Source: Clostridia bacterium
GTDB taxonomy: Bacteria > Bacillota > Clostridia > TANB77 > CAG-508
Assembly: GCA_048355915.1 (NCBI GenBank)
Contig: DBGCHZ010000048.1
Span: 2,200-66,199, forward strand
Length of the DNA: 64,000 bases
Reading direction: 5' to 3'
Positions 31,452 through 42,341 of the stretch are shown piece by piece. Both the position numbers and the translations under genes were made by a program. Numbering within the stretch: the stretch's first letter is position 1; every line of letters starts with the position of its first letter. The notes beneath the pieces were generated by a model. It saw only the letters and a list, made by a program, of their open reading frames with translations. It was not told the origin of the DNA and searched no databases.

Positions 31452-31673
31452 ATGTTAAGATTAAAAGATTTAAGGGAAGATAAAGATTTAAAACAAGATG
31501 AAATAGCTTCTATTTTGAATATTTCTCAAACTAATTATAGTAAATATGAACTTGGAAAAATTAATATACCTGTAAATTCTTTAATAAAATTATCTTCTTT
31601 TTATAATACTAGTGTTGATTATTTGCTTGGATTAACCAATGAAATTAAACCATACCCTAGAATTAATAATTAA
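31452..31673 (+). CDS. Small XRE/Cro-type HTH regulator.
   Basis: It has an HTH_3 (LKQDEIASILNISQTNYSKYELG). The start is placed at ATG 31452, which has a GGAG upstream. Confidence 0.75.
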   Translation: MLRLKDLREDKDLKQDEIASILNISQTNYSKYELGKINIPVNSLIKLSSFYNTSVDYLLGLTNEIKPYPRINN

Positions 31674-31727
31674 AAATAAGAGAAATCCAAATATGATTTC
31701 TCCTTTTTTGCTTTTAATTTTAAAATA

Positions 31728-34700
31728 TTATATATTTAACTTATTTTTTTCTTTAAATTTATTTAAAAATTCTGTTACATCATTTAATATCTGTCTTTCG
31801 TTTGTTGAGCCTATTTCTAAAGTTATCATAGGTTTTATTCCAGAAGAAAATTTTAATTTATTTCTATATTCTTTTATTAATTCCATTATATCTACATTTA
31901 TTTTATTATCTTCAAACATAAATACCACTGCTGTTTTTTTACTCATTATTTTAACTATTTTTTGTTCTTTTGCTAAATATTTTATTCTTGCTATTGCAAG
32001 TAAATTTTCTAATTCTCCTGGCATATTTCCAAATCTATCTATTATCTCATCTGTTACATTTTGTATGTCTTCTTCATTCTTACATAATGCAATATCTTGG
32101 TATATTTCTATTTTTTGATTTGAATCTTGTATATATTCTTCTGGTATATAACTTGTTACATTTAAGTCTATTTGTATATCTATTTCTGGTTTTATTTCTA
32201 TACCTTGCATTTCTTTTACTACTTCGTCTAATAAGTTACAATATGTATCATATCCTACTTGTTCTAAGTGACCAGATTGTATTTCTCCTAATAAGCTTCC
32301 TGCTCCCCTTATTTCTAAGTCTCTCATTGCTATTTTAAATCCTGAACCAAATTCGGTAAATTCTTTTATTACTTTTAGTCTTTTATCAGCAATTTCTGAT
32401 AACATTTTATCTCTTTTATATGTTATATATGCATATGCTTGCCTGTCTGCTCTTCCTACCCTTCCTCTTATTTGGTATAGTTGAGCTAATCCCATTCTAT
32501 CTGCATTTTCTACTATTATTGTATTTGCATTTGGTATATCAATTCCTGATTCTAATATTGTTGTACATACTAATACATTTGATTTTTTCTCAACAAAATC
32601 TTCCATTATTTCTTCTATTTCTTTTCCAGACATTCTTCCATGAGCAAATGATACTGTTGCTTCTGGTACTAATCTTGATATATCATCTGCTTTTTTTTGT
32701 ATGTTTTCAACATTATTAAATATGTAAAATACTTGACCATCTCTTTCCAATTCTTTTGTTATTGCTTCTTTTATTACTTCTGAATCATATTCTAATACAT
32801 ATGTTTGAACTGGTCTTCTGTTTTGTGGTGGTTCATATATAACTGACATATCTCTTACTCCAACTATTGACATATGTAGAGTTCTAGGAATTGGTGTTGC
32901 TGTCATTGTTAACACATCTACATTTGTTTTATATTGCTTTATTTTTTCTTTGTCTTTTACTCCAAATCTTTGCTCTTCATCTACTATTAATAGTCCTAAA
33001 TCTTTAAATTCAACATCTTTACTTAATAATCTATGTGTCCCTATAACAATATCAACTTCTCCTAATTTTAATTTTTTTATTACTTCTTTTTGATATTTAG
33101 GTGTTTTAAATCTGTTTAATATTTCTACTTTTATTGGATATTCTTCCATTCTTTCTTTAAATTCTTGATATTGTTGCTCTGCCAATACTGTTGTAGGCGC
33201 TAAATATGCAACTTGTTTTTGATCCATAACTGCTTTAAATGCTGCTCTTATCGCTACTTCTGTTTTTCCATAACCTACATCACCACATAGTAATCTATCC
33301 ATAGGCTTTTCGCCTTCCATATCTTTTTTTACTTCTTCTATACATCTTAGTTGGTCATCTGTTTCTTGATATGGAAATTTTGCTTCAAATTCGTTTTGCC
33401 ATGGTGTATCTTTACTAAAACTATATCCTTGTGTCTTTTCTCTTTTTGCATATAATTCTATTAGTTCTTTTGCAATTTCTCTTAAATTCTTTTTTACTTT
33501 TGTTTTTGTATTTTCCCAATCTTTGCTTCCTAATTTGTTTATTTTAGGTTGTATTGCATCTCCACCTACATATTTTCTTATTGAGTCCATTTGGTTTGTT
33601 GGAACATATAAAATATCATCATTTTGATATTTTACTTTTATATAATCTTTTGTTGTTCCATCTGCTTTTATTGTATTTACACCTATATATATTCCTATTC
33701 CATAAGTCCTATGTACTACATAGTCACCTATTTTTAGGTCTGCAAATACTACCTTTTCTCCTTCTTTATATGCCTCATGTGATACTCTTTTCTTTCTTTT
33801 TTCTCCACTAATTAGTTCATTTGCTGAAATTACTAATTGATTTATTTCAAAATTTTCAAATCCTGAACTTAATTTTCCTATTCCTATTGTTACTATTTTT
33901 TCTGTTGATTTTACTACTATTGTTTTATCTAGTTTTTCTTCAATATTTGCAATTATTTCTTCTTTTTCTAAAATCTCTTTCAGCTTTTTAGCCTTTTCTT
34001 TATTTTCAACAAGTATATATACACTTTTTTTATCTGATAGTGCATTTTTTATTTCTTCAAAAAAACCTTCTATTTCACTTTTGTAATAATTTATTTCTCT
34101 GTATTCAAATTTATACTTTTCTTGGGTCTTATCTGTTGAAAAATCTTGTTTTTCCAAGTATATTAAATTTCCATGTTTTCTTTCTAGTTGATTTTGTATA
34201 TCTTCGTATTTATTTATATTTATTAATGCTTGTGGAATAAATTTTTCTTTTTCTGTTAATGCTTTTTCTAAATTTTCGATATCATTTTCAATGTTTATTG
34301 TTCTTTGCTCAATTTTTCTTTCTTCATCTAGCGCTATTATATATTTATCTGAAAAATAATCTATTAAATTTGATGTATTTTCATAAAAGCAATCAAAATA
34401 TTTGTCAATTTTACTTATATAATTTCCAGCTAATATCTGTTCAATATCTCCTTGCATTATATCTTCTTGTTTCTCAGTCATTTCTAATTTTTTTATTTTT
34501 TTGCAAACCTCTTCAATGCTTTTTTCTAAAATATATTCATGTGCTGGAGTTATTTCTACTTTTTCTAATGTCTTTATTGACCTTTGACTTATTATTGCAA
34601 AATTTCTTATTGAGTCTATTTCATCTCCCCAAAATTCTATCCTTACTCCTGTTTTGTCATTTAATGAAATATCTAAAATTCCACCTCTTATACTAAATTG

Positions 34701-35210
34701 TCCTCTTCCTTCTATTAGATCACATCTAGTATATCCAAGCTTTATTAGTTTGTGTTTTATTTCTTCTAGTGAACATATATCTCCTACTTTAAATTTTAGA
34801 GTATCTTTAAAAATAGTTTCTTTGCTAGGCAATTTTTGCATTATTGCTTCTATTGTTGTTACTACTATTGGTGTTCTTTTTTCCTTTATTTGATTTAAAG
34901 TTTCTATTCTTTCATATGGTAATTCTTTACTTTCTGCTACATAGTCATATGTTACTATTTCTTTTTTTGGAAAAAATATTGCCTTATCTGTGAATACTTT
35001 TAAATTATCCATTATTTGTTTTGCTTGTATTTCATTATATGTTACTATTGCTATTGGCTTTTTGGCATATTCATTTATACTTGATAATAGTTCTAACATT
35101 CCCACGCTAGTTAAGCCCGATATTGTTATCGGACTTGTTTTTTCTTCTATTTGCTTTATTAGGTCTACAAATTTTTTTGATTTGCCTAATTCTCCTATTA
35201 TTGTATTCAT
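31728..35210 (-). CDS. mfd: Transcription-repair coupling factor Mfd.
   Basis: It is about 1160 aa with a UvrB-homology module, a CarD/TRG-like RNAP-interacting domain and DEAD/helicase motifs (GDVGYGKTEVA, DEEQRFGV). The ATG at 35210 has an AGGGTG SD. Confidence 0.95.
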   Translation of the reverse strand: MNTIIGELGKSKKFVDLIKQIEEKTSPITISGLTSVGMLELLSSINEYAKKPIAIVTYNEIQAKQIMDNLKVFTDKAIFFPKKEIVTYDYVAESKELPYERIETLNQIKEKRTPIVVTTIEAIMQKLPSKETIFKDTLKFKVGDICSLEEIKHKLIKLGYTRCDLIEGRGQFSIRGGILDISLNDKTGVRIEFWGDEIDSIRNFAIISQRSIKTLEKVEITPAHEYILEKSIEEVCKKIKKLEMTEKQEDIMQGDIEQILAGNYISKIDKYFDCFYENTSNLIDYFSDKYIIALDEERKIEQRTINIENDIENLEKALTEKEKFIPQALININKYEDIQNQLERKHGNLIYLEKQDFSTDKTQEKYKFEYREINYYKSEIEGFFEEIKNALSDKKSVYILVENKEKAKKLKEILEKEEIIANIEEKLDKTIVVKSTEKIVTIGIGKLSSGFENFEINQLVISANELISGEKRKKRVSHEAYKEGEKVVFADLKIGDYVVHRTYGIGIYIGVNTIKADGTTKDYIKVKYQNDDILYVPTNQMDSIRKYVGGDAIQPKINKLGSKDWENTKTKVKKNLREIAKELIELYAKREKTQGYSFSKDTPWQNEFEAKFPYQETDDQLRCIEEVKKDMEGEKPMDRLLCGDVGYGKTEVAIRAAFKAVMDQKQVAYLAPTTVLAEQQYQEFKERMEEYPIKVEILNRFKTPKYQKEVIKKLKLGEVDIVIGTHRLLSKDVEFKDLGLLIVDEEQRFGVKDKEKIKQYKTNVDVLTMTATPIPRTLHMSIVGVRDMSVIYEPPQNRRPVQTYVLEYDSEVIKEAITKELERDGQVFYIFNNVENIQKKADDISRLVPEATVSFAHGRMSGKEIEEIMEDFVEKKSNVLVCTTILESGIDIPNANTIIVENADRMGLAQLYQIRGRVGRADRQAYAYITYKRDKMLSEIADKRLKVIKEFTEFGSGFKIAMRDLEIRGAGSLLGEIQSGHLEQVGYDTYCNLLDEVVKEMQGIEIKPEIDIQIDLNVTSYIPEEYIQDSNQKIEIYQDIALCKNEEDIQNVTDEIIDRFGNMPGELENLLAIARIKYLAKEQKIVKIMSKKTAVVFMFEDNKINVDIMELIKEYRNKLKFSSGIKPMITLEIGSTNERQILNDVTEFLNKFKEKNKLNI

Positions 35211-35374
35211 TTCTATTTTCACCCTTTGCTTGTGTATTGCAATTTTCAATCTTATTTTTAATTTTATTCTCATATTATACTATATATTTATAAAAATTTA
35301 AAGTATTTTTCTTTTTAAAATACTTAGTATTATATGTTTTTTAACATTTTTTTACTTTTTTAATACATAATTAT

Positions 35375-35403
35375 TTGACTTTTATGTAAATTTGATGTAT
35401 AAT
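35375..35403 (+). promoter_or_regulatory. Consensus promoter: TTGACT, 17-nt spacer, TG-TATAAT.
   Basis: TTGACT is at 35375-35380. The extended -10 TGTATAAT ends at 35403. Confidence 0.6.
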
Positions 35404-35464
35404 GTAAATAGTTACTTAACAATTAATATTCATCATCCCTGTTTGGGATCAAGGAGGAAAAAAT

Positions 35465-35794
35465 ATGAGACACATTATTACTACATCATTAGGAGATTTC
35501 AACGTTGAGTTAAGTTATTCACCTTCACAAGGTGACTTTATCTTGAACCGGTTTACATCTGTTATTAACAGATATGCTACTCAAGCCTTAATCACAGTTT
35601 CTGAAATACGTCCTGAATTGGATCCTGTTAAAGATGCAGAAGCAATCGAAAAAGAAGCTATTAGTCTTTTGACTTTCGAAGATGAAGGAAAAATTGAAAA
35701 AGCATTATTCGATTCTACTCGAGTAGGTGATGGTGCCGGGGTACCAATTAGATTTTCTCTTAAAAATAGACTCATTGATGTCTCAAGATTCTAG
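35465..35794 (+). CDS. Hypothetical 109-aa protein with atypical, higher-GC composition.
   Basis: It has an AAGGAGG RBS, a consensus promoter and its own terminator. Its codon usage (CCG, GGG, CTC, GAG) is unlike its neighbours. Confidence 0.55.
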   Translation: MRHIITTSLGDFNVELSYSPSQGDFILNRFTSVINRYATQALITVSEIRPELDPVKDAEAIEKEAISLLTFEDEGKIEKALFDSTRVGDGAGVPIRFSLKNRLIDVSRF

Positions 35795-35798
35795 ATTT

Positions 35799-35843
35799 AA
35801 AAAGAAAAGCAAATTATATAATTATAGTTTGCTTTTCTTTTTG
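35799..35843. terminator. Bidirectional intrinsic terminator.
   Basis: AAAAGAAAAGCAAA...TTTGCTTTTCTTTT. Confidence 0.65.
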
Positions 35844-35884
35844 GATAATTTGGTCTAGTAATTTCTTAGAATTGATAAATTACC

Positions 35885-37846
35885 TTACATCTTAACTATT
35901 AACCTGTTAAATTTTGAATTTATATACTTTTCCAATTTTATCATAAATTCCTCTGGTTCTATTTCTTTTTTAGCAACTAAATCAAGTCCCTTTTCCCAGC
36001 TAGCAGTAAGTTTTGGATTTAACATATCTGGCATTGATTGGTTTACTATATCATAAATTAATTCTCCTTTTTTCGTTGGAGTTACAATTTGTGTTTTTGT
36101 GTTTATTTCTATATATTTTATTTTTTCTAATTTTTTTATAATTTCTCCTCTTGTTGCACTTGTTCCTATTCCTGCGCCTTTTATTTGTTCTCTCAATTCC
36201 TCTTCTTCTATTAACTTACCTGCATTTTCCATTGCTAATATTATTGAACCAGAATTATACCTACTTGGTGGTGAGGTTTCTGCTTCTTTTATTTCATAAT
36301 TTTTAACTTCAATTTCTTGACCTTTTTTTAGTTTACTTAATATTTCGAGGTCATTTTCCTTGTTATTCTCAATGTTTTCCACATTTTGTTCACCATTTGT
36401 GGATTTCTTACTTTCATTTGGTTTCAAAATTTCTAAATATCCTCTATCTACACATACTTTTCCAGTTGTTGTAAATGTTTCAATGCTTTCATCTTTTTCT
36501 ATTTCTATCGTCATTTGAATTTTGTTATATTGTGCCGGTGGGTAAAATATTGCCAAAAATCTTTTTACAATTACTATATATATATATTTTTGTAATTGCG
36601 GAAGACTATTGTAGTTTTCATATCCTTGTCCTGTTGGAATTATTGCATAATGGTCTGTTATCTTACTATCATTTACATATTTTGTTTTTGCTAAATTAGT
36701 AGAGTACTTTTCTTCTGCCATCTTTTTTATATATCCTTGTATTTCTTCATTTTTGAATCCTTTTGCTATTCCATTTAAGTTTTTAGTAATTTCTTTACTA
36801 ACAGCTGTTGATAATACTCTCGCATCGGTTCTTGGATATGTAACTAATTTTTTTTCATATAAATTTTGTATTATTTCTAATGTCTCATCTGGTTTTATTT
36901 TAAATCTTTTTGTGCATTCATTTTGTATTTCTGCTAGATTAAATAATAATGGAGCATTTTCTTTTTGTTTTGTTTTTTTCAATTCTGCTATTTTTGCTTT
37001 TTTTCCTGCTAAACTCATTATAAATTTTTTGGCTTCATCTTCTTTTTTGAATCCCGTTTCATTATATAGTTTAGGAGATTCCCATAATTCTGACTTTTCA
37101 GTTACTTTCCAATCAGCTTTAAATGATGATTTTTCTTCTCCTAATTCTCCAACTATTTTATAGTATTTTGTTTTTACAAAGTTCCTAATTTCTCTTTCTC
37201 TTGAAACAACCATTCCTAGCACACAGGTCATTACTCTTCCCACTGAAATTGATGCTTTTTCTTCGTTTATATCTTTTGCTAGTCTTCTTCCAAATATTAT
37301 TGATAATAGTCTTGAAAAATTTATTCCTATCAAATAATCTTCTTTTGCTCTTAAATATGCACTATCTGATAAACTATCATATTCTGATTCATCTTTTGCT
37401 TCTCTAATTCCTCTTAAAATCTCTTCTTCTGTTTGTGAATCTATCCATACTCTTTTTATTTTTATTTTTGGATCTGGTTTTGCCATCATAAATACTAGTC
37501 TTTGTATATATTCTCCTTCTCTTCCCGAGTCTCCTGCATTATATATTTCTTCAATATCTTCTCTATGCATTAATTGTTCTATTATATTAAATTGATTTTG
37601 TACATTAGGAATTATCTCATATTTCCATTCTTTTGGTATAAATGGTAGTGTATCTAATCTCCAAAATTTTAATTTTTCATCATATTTGTCTGGATAGCTC
37701 ATTGTTACTAAATGTCCAACACACCATGTTATTATCCATTCATTTGACTCTAAGTATCCATTTTTCCTATTTGTTGTAATTTTTAATGCCTTAGCAAATT
37801 CCATTGCTACTGATGGCTTTTCTGTTATTAATAATTTTTTGCCCAA
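35885..37846 (-). CDS. topB: DNA topoisomerase III (type IA).
   Basis: It has an N-terminal Toprim (LLITEKPSVA...WCVGHLV) and an active-site Tyr region. It is 653 aa with no C-terminal zinc ribbons. Confidence 0.8.
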   Translation of the reverse strand: MGKKLLITEKPSVAMEFAKALKITTNRKNGYLESNEWIITWCVGHLVTMSYPDKYDEKLKFWRLDTLPFIPKEWKYEIIPNVQNQFNIIEQLMHREDIEEIYNAGDSGREGEYIQRLVFMMAKPDPKIKIKRVWIDSQTEEEILRGIREAKDESEYDSLSDSAYLRAKEDYLIGINFSRLLSIIFGRRLAKDINEEKASISVGRVMTCVLGMVVSREREIRNFVKTKYYKIVGELGEEKSSFKADWKVTEKSELWESPKLYNETGFKKEDEAKKFIMSLAGKKAKIAELKKTKQKENAPLLFNLAEIQNECTKRFKIKPDETLEIIQNLYEKKLVTYPRTDARVLSTAVSKEITKNLNGIAKGFKNEEIQGYIKKMAEEKYSTNLAKTKYVNDSKITDHYAIIPTGQGYENYNSLPQLQKYIYIVIVKRFLAIFYPPAQYNKIQMTIEIEKDESIETFTTTGKVCVDRGYLEILKPNESKKSTNGEQNVENIENNKENDLEILSKLKKGQEIEVKNYEIKEAETSPPSRYNSGSIILAMENAGKLIEEEELREQIKGAGIGTSATRGEIIKKLEKIKYIEINTKTQIVTPTKKGELIYDIVNQSMPDMLNPKLTASWEKGLDLVAKKEIEPEEFMIKLEKYINSKFNRLIVKM

Positions 37847-37877
37847 TTTTTATCATCCTTTATATTTTTCTATATAT

Positions 37878-38714
37878 TCATTGGCTTTTATTCTTATTTT
37901 TATCATCTTTCTCTTTGTTTTTTGAATATATTACATTATTTTTCTTCAATCTCTCTTCTATATAGTTAATAGTTATTTTATATATGTTTTTAAATTCTTC
38001 TTCTGTTTTTTTATTATTAAACTTAAATCTATTATAAATTTTAGTATAATATTCATTATTATATATTATTTTTAATCCATATTGATAATTAAAATCATAG
38101 ACAAAAGCAAAATGTCCTATTAGTCTGTCTGCATATGTTTGCATATTTGGATAAAATATATTTTTATCTTCTATAAATTCTCTGTATATTTCTTCTGTAA
38201 ATATTTCTTCTGACAAATCCTCCTTTTCCCATGCTGCCTTTTTGTCTTCAAATGTTAATAAATATATTATATCTGTTTTATCACTATCTCTAATTAATTT
38301 TATATGTAATTTTTCTTTTTCTGTTATATTTTTTGTTATATTGTTTTTATCTTTGTTATGATTTAATATTGCTAATTTTATTATTCTATCATATTTATTA
38401 TCTTCTATAAATTCTCTTATCAAATTTTCTTCAAACAAGATATCTACACCTAATTTAGCATGATCTTCACTTAAATAATCTACAAAGGTATTATATCTTT
38501 TAATTTGTTCAAATCTTCCTATGTCATGTAATAATCCTATTAATTCAGCTAATTCTATATCTTCTTTTTCTAGATTTAAACTTTCAGCTGTTTTCCTTGC
38601 TATATTAGCTGTTCTTTCAATGTGAGCAATTTTTAATTTTACTTTTGGATTGTCTATATCATAGTTTTGGATATATTCTTTAAATGCCTTTTTTGCTTTT
38701 GTTATATTTATCAT
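37878..38714 (-). CDS. HD-domain phosphohydrolase.
   Basis: It has an HD motif (LLHDIGRFEQ). The ATG at 38714 has a GAGGTG SD. The track ORF was over-extended to 38816. Confidence 0.75.
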   Translation of the reverse strand: MINITKAKKAFKEYIQNYDIDNPKVKLKIAHIERTANIARKTAESLNLEKEDIELAELIGLLHDIGRFEQIKRYNTFVDYLSEDHAKLGVDILFEENLIREFIEDNKYDRIIKLAILNHNKDKNNITKNITEKEKLHIKLIRDSDKTDIIYLLTFEDKKAAWEKEDLSEEIFTEEIYREFIEDKNIFYPNMQTYADRLIGHFAFVYDFNYQYGLKIIYNNEYYTKIYNRFKFNNKKTEEEFKNIYKITINYIEERLKKNNVIYSKNKEKDDKNKNKSQ

Positions 38715-38843
38715 TTTTAACACCTCAACGCAAATTTTATCATTTTTCACCTTTTTATGCAATAGAATTATAATAGTAAATTCTTGCTTTATTCCTAATT
38801 TTGTTATATAATACAAAAAATATTTTTTGAAAGGGGCTTTTTT

Positions 38844-41267
38844 ATGTCATATAATTTTAAAGAGATAGAAAAAAAATGGCAAAATAAATGGTATAGTGAA
38901 GGAACTTTTAATGCAAAAAATGACTATACTATGAAAAAGTGGTATGGTTTAATTGAATTTCCTTACCCTTCTGGACAAGGTCTTCATGTTGGACATCCAA
39001 GAAGTTATACTGCATTAGACATTATTGCTAGAAAGAGAAGAATGCAAGGATATAATGTTTTACTTCCTATTGGTTTTGATGCTTTTGGTTTACCTGCTGA
39101 AAATTACGCAATTAAAACTAATGTTCATCCAAAAATCACTACTGAGCAAAATATTAATCATTTTAGAGAACAATTAAAGTCTCTTGGTTTTTCTTTTGAT
39201 TGGTCAAGAGAAATAAATACTACTGATCCAGAATATTACAAATGGACTCAATGGATATTTATACAACTTTATAAACATGGATTAGCTTATAAAGCTACAA
39301 TGCCAATTAATTTCTGTACTGGCTGTAAAGTTGGACTTGCTAATGAAGAAGTTGTAAATGGAGTTTGTGAAAGATGTGGTAGTCCTGTTGTTCAAAAAGA
39401 AAAAAGTCAATGGATGTTAAGAATAACTAAATATGCGCAAAAATTAATCGATGATTTAGATGATGTTAATTTCTTAGATAAAATTAAAGCTCAACAAATT
39501 AATTGGATTGGTCGTAGTGAAGGAGCTGAAGTTAATTTCAAAATTTCAAATTCTCAAGAAACTTTAACTGTATATACAACTAGACCAGATACTTTATTTG
39601 GTGCTACTTATATGGTTGTTGCACCAGAACATAATATTATTGAAAAATTAGCTGATAAAATAACTAATATGGATGAGATAAAAAATTATAGACATTTAGC
39701 TTCACTAAAATCAGATTTTGAGAGAGCTGAGTTAAATAAAGAAAAAACAGGTTGTGAAATAAAAGGAATTAAGGCTATAAATCCTCTTACAGGTAAAGAA
39801 ATTCCAATTTGGATTTCTGATTATGTTTTAATTACATATGGTACTGGTGCTATCATGGCTGTTCCTGGTCATGACGCTCGTGACTATGAATTTGCTAAAA
39901 AATTCAATTTACCTATTAAACAAGTTATTAAATCAGTATCTGATGATGTTAAATGTAATATTGAGGAAGAAGCTTTCACTGATGTTAAAAATGGTATTTT
40001 AATCAATTCTGATTTCTTAGATGGATTATCTGTTAATGACGCTAAAAATAAAGTATTAGAATTCTTAGAGAAAAATAATATCGGAAAAAAACAAGTTAAT
40101 TTTAAATTACGCGATTGGGTATTTTCAAGACAACGTTATTGGGGTGAACCTATACCAATGATTCATTGTGATAAATGTGGTTGGGTTCCTGTTCCTGAAT
40201 CTGAATTGCCTTTAAGATTACCTGAAGTTGAAGATTACGAACCCGGAGAAAACGGAGAATCTCCTCTTGCTCGTCATACTGAATGGGTAAATACAGTTTG
40301 TCCTCACTGTGGTTCTAATGCTACAAGAGAAACTGATACTATGCCTCAATGGGCTGGTTCTTCTTGGTATTATTTGAGATATATGGATGCACATAATGAT
40401 TCTGCATTAGCTTCCAAAGAAGCTTTAGAATACTGGTCACCAGTTGATTGGTATAATGGTGGAATGGAACATACTACTCTACACTTATTATATTCAAGAT
40501 TTTGGCATAAATTCTTATATGATATAGGTGTAGTACCAACTAAGGAACCTTATCAAAAACGTACTTCTCATGGAATGATTTTAGGTTCTAATGGCGAAAA
40601 AATGTCTAAATCAAAAGGTAATGTTGTAAACCCAGATGACATTGTAAATGATTTTGGTGCTGACTCTTTTAGAGTTTATGAAATGTTTATGGGACCATTT
40701 GACCAAACAGCTCCATGGTCTATGGAAAGTATTAAAGGTTGCTCTAAATTCTTAGATAGAGTTTGGAATTTACAAAATATATTAGTTGATGGAAATAGTT
40801 ATTCTCCAAAGTTTGAAAAAATGATGCATGGAGCTATTAAAAAAGTTTCTTCTGATATAGAAGAAATGAAATTTAACACTGTAATATCAACTTTTATGTC
40901 AATGGTTAATGAATTTTATAAAGAAAAAACTATTAACAAGGCTGAATTTAAAACTTTTTTACAACTTTTAAATCCATTTGCACCACATATAACAGAAGAA
41001 CTTTGGCAAACAGTATTAGGTGGAAATGAAATGCTTGCTTATATGGAATGGCCTAAATATGATGAGAATAAAACTATTGCTGATGAAATCACTTTACCTA
41101 TTCAATTCAATGGAAAATTAAAGGCTACTATAAATATTTCTTTAAATGAAGATGAATCTTCTGTTAAAGAAAAAGTGCATAATGCGATTTCCTCTAAATT
41201 GGATGGTAAAAATATAGTTAAAGAAATTTATGTAAAAAATAAGATTTATAATATAGTAATAAAATAA
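38844..41267 (+). CDS. leuS: Leucine--tRNA ligase.
   Basis: It has HIGH ([11 protein letters not shown]) and KMSKS (KMSKSKGN) motifs plus editing and anticodon-binding domains. Length is 807 aa. Confidence 0.95.
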   Translation: MSYNFKEIEKKWQNKWYSEGTFNAKNDYTMKKWYGLIEFPYPSGQGLHVGHPRSYTALDIIARKRRMQGYNVLLPIGFDAFGLPAENYAIKTNVHPKITTEQNINHFREQLKSLGFSFDWSREINTTDPEYYKWTQWIFIQLYKHGLAYKATMPINFCTGCKVGLANEEVVNGVCERCGSPVVQKEKSQWMLRITKYAQKLIDDLDDVNFLDKIKAQQINWIGRSEGAEVNFKISNSQETLTVYTTRPDTLFGATYMVVAPEHNIIEKLADKITNMDEIKNYRHLASLKSDFERAELNKEKTGCEIKGIKAINPLTGKEIPIWISDYVLITYGTGAIMAVPGHDARDYEFAKKFNLPIKQVIKSVSDDVKCNIEEEAFTDVKNGILINSDFLDGLSVNDAKNKVLEFLEKNNIGKKQVNFKLRDWVFSRQRYWGEPIPMIHCDKCGWVPVPESELPLRLPEVEDYEPGENGESPLARHTEWVNTVCPHCGSNATRETDTMPQWAGSSWYYLRYMDAHNDSALASKEALEYWSPVDWYNGGMEHTTLHLLYSRFWHKFLYDIGVVPTKEPYQKRTSHGMILGSNGEKMSKSKGNVVNPDDIVNDFGADSFRVYEMFMGPFDQTAPWSMESIKGCSKFLDRVWNLQNILVDGNSYSPKFEKMMHGAIKKVSSDIEEMKFNTVISTFMSMVNEFYKEKTINKAEFKTFLQLLNPFAPHITEELWQTVLGGNEMLAYMEWPKYDENKTIADEITLPIQFNGKLKATINISLNEDESSVKEKVHNAISSKLDGKNIVKEIYVKNKIYNIVIK

Positions 41268-41273
41268 TATTTA

Positions 41274-41315
41274 AAATAACCTATTGGATTTTAAACTCTA
41301 ATAGGTTATTTTTTA
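41274..41315. terminator. Bidirectional terminator between convergent genes.
   Basis: TAACCTATTGG...CTAATAGGTTA followed by TTTT. Confidence 0.65.
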
Positions 41316-41357
41316 ACCTGATTATGAAATAATTTCTTGATATAAATTTTTATTTGA

Positions 41358-42011
41358 TTATAAACTTTGAATCTTCTTTTGCTGGTATTCTAACATTAAT
41401 CCATAGTCTCTTTCAACTATTTCTAATTTTTTTGAATTCTCTCTTAGCATTTTGCCATGCTCTATGTATATTTGCTTGATTTGCATATCTAGTTCAAAAT
41501 ATAATTTTTCAAATTTTTTGTCTACAAATTCTATTCTATTTTTTAAAGTCTCTACTTTATTGCTTAGATTTTTATTAACTTTGTCTATTTTATTATTTAG
41601 TCCTTCATGAACTTTATCTATCTTATTATTTAATATTTCTATTTTATTGTTTAGCTCTTCATGAATTTTATCTATTTTATTGTTTAGTTCTTCATGAATT
41701 TTATCTATCTTATTGTTTAGCTCTGCGTAAACTTTGTCTATCTTATTATTTAACTCTTCATACACTTTGTCTATCTTATTATTTAATTCTTCATATACTT
41801 TATCTATTTTGTTATTTAATTCATTATAAACTACATCTATTTTTGTATTTAATTCATCACGAACAATATCAATTTTCTCATCTAGTTTTAAAATCATTTT
41901 TTCATGTTCATCTAATTTGTTCATTATCGTAGACAAACCTTTTTCTTGATTATTTATTTTAGATAATATCTCAATAAGCATAGCATCTCTTTGTTCTTGC
42001 GTCATAGTCAT
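41358..42011 (-). CDS. Coiled-coil protein built from 11-aa tandem repeats (ELNNKIDKVYE, about 10 copies).
   Basis: The 33-bp DNA period is visible directly at 41560-41856. Confidence 0.6.
   Translation of the reverse strand: MTMTQEQRDAMLIEILSKINNQEKGLSTIMNKLDEHEKMILKLDEKIDIVRDELNTKIDVVYNELNNKIDKVYEELNNKIDKVYEELNNKIDKVYAELNNKIDKIHEELNNKIDKIHEELNNKIEILNNKIDKVHEGLNNKIDKVNKNLSNKVETLKNRIEFVDKKFEKLYFELDMQIKQIYIEHGKMLRENSKKLEIVERDYGLMLEYQQKKIQSL
41560..41856. repeat. 33-bp tandem repeat array inside a coding region.
   Basis: There are about 9 near-identical units, TTTATCTATCTTATTATTTAA(T/C)TCTTCAT(G/A)AA(T/C)T. Confidence 0.8.
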
Positions 42012-42341
42012 TCCTCCCTTCTTTCTTGAACTATTAATTCTAATTAAAATTAATGTAAGAACATTATATATCCTTGAAACTATGTTGTCAACATTTTTCC
42101 ATCGCCATTTTTCGACATTCTATTTGCTTATATTCTCTTTTCTTATACATTGATTATTTTTCTTGTTTTTTTAATTAATTCTATTTATAAATCTATTTAT
42201 TAGCTCTTTTATTATTAAGTTTTTCTCTTCTTCAACTATATTTCTTTCGTAATCTAAATGTCACATAATTTTAATATTTTTGACATTTATCATCGCTATT
42301 TTTATTATATAATATTATTAGATTATTTTAAGGAGTTTTAT

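Noticed and set aside
41560-41856. A possible CRISPR array, considered because of regular 33-bp repeats.
   Set aside because: The repeats are contiguous with no spacers, are in-frame, and encode an 11-aa coiled-coil unit. No cas genes are present.
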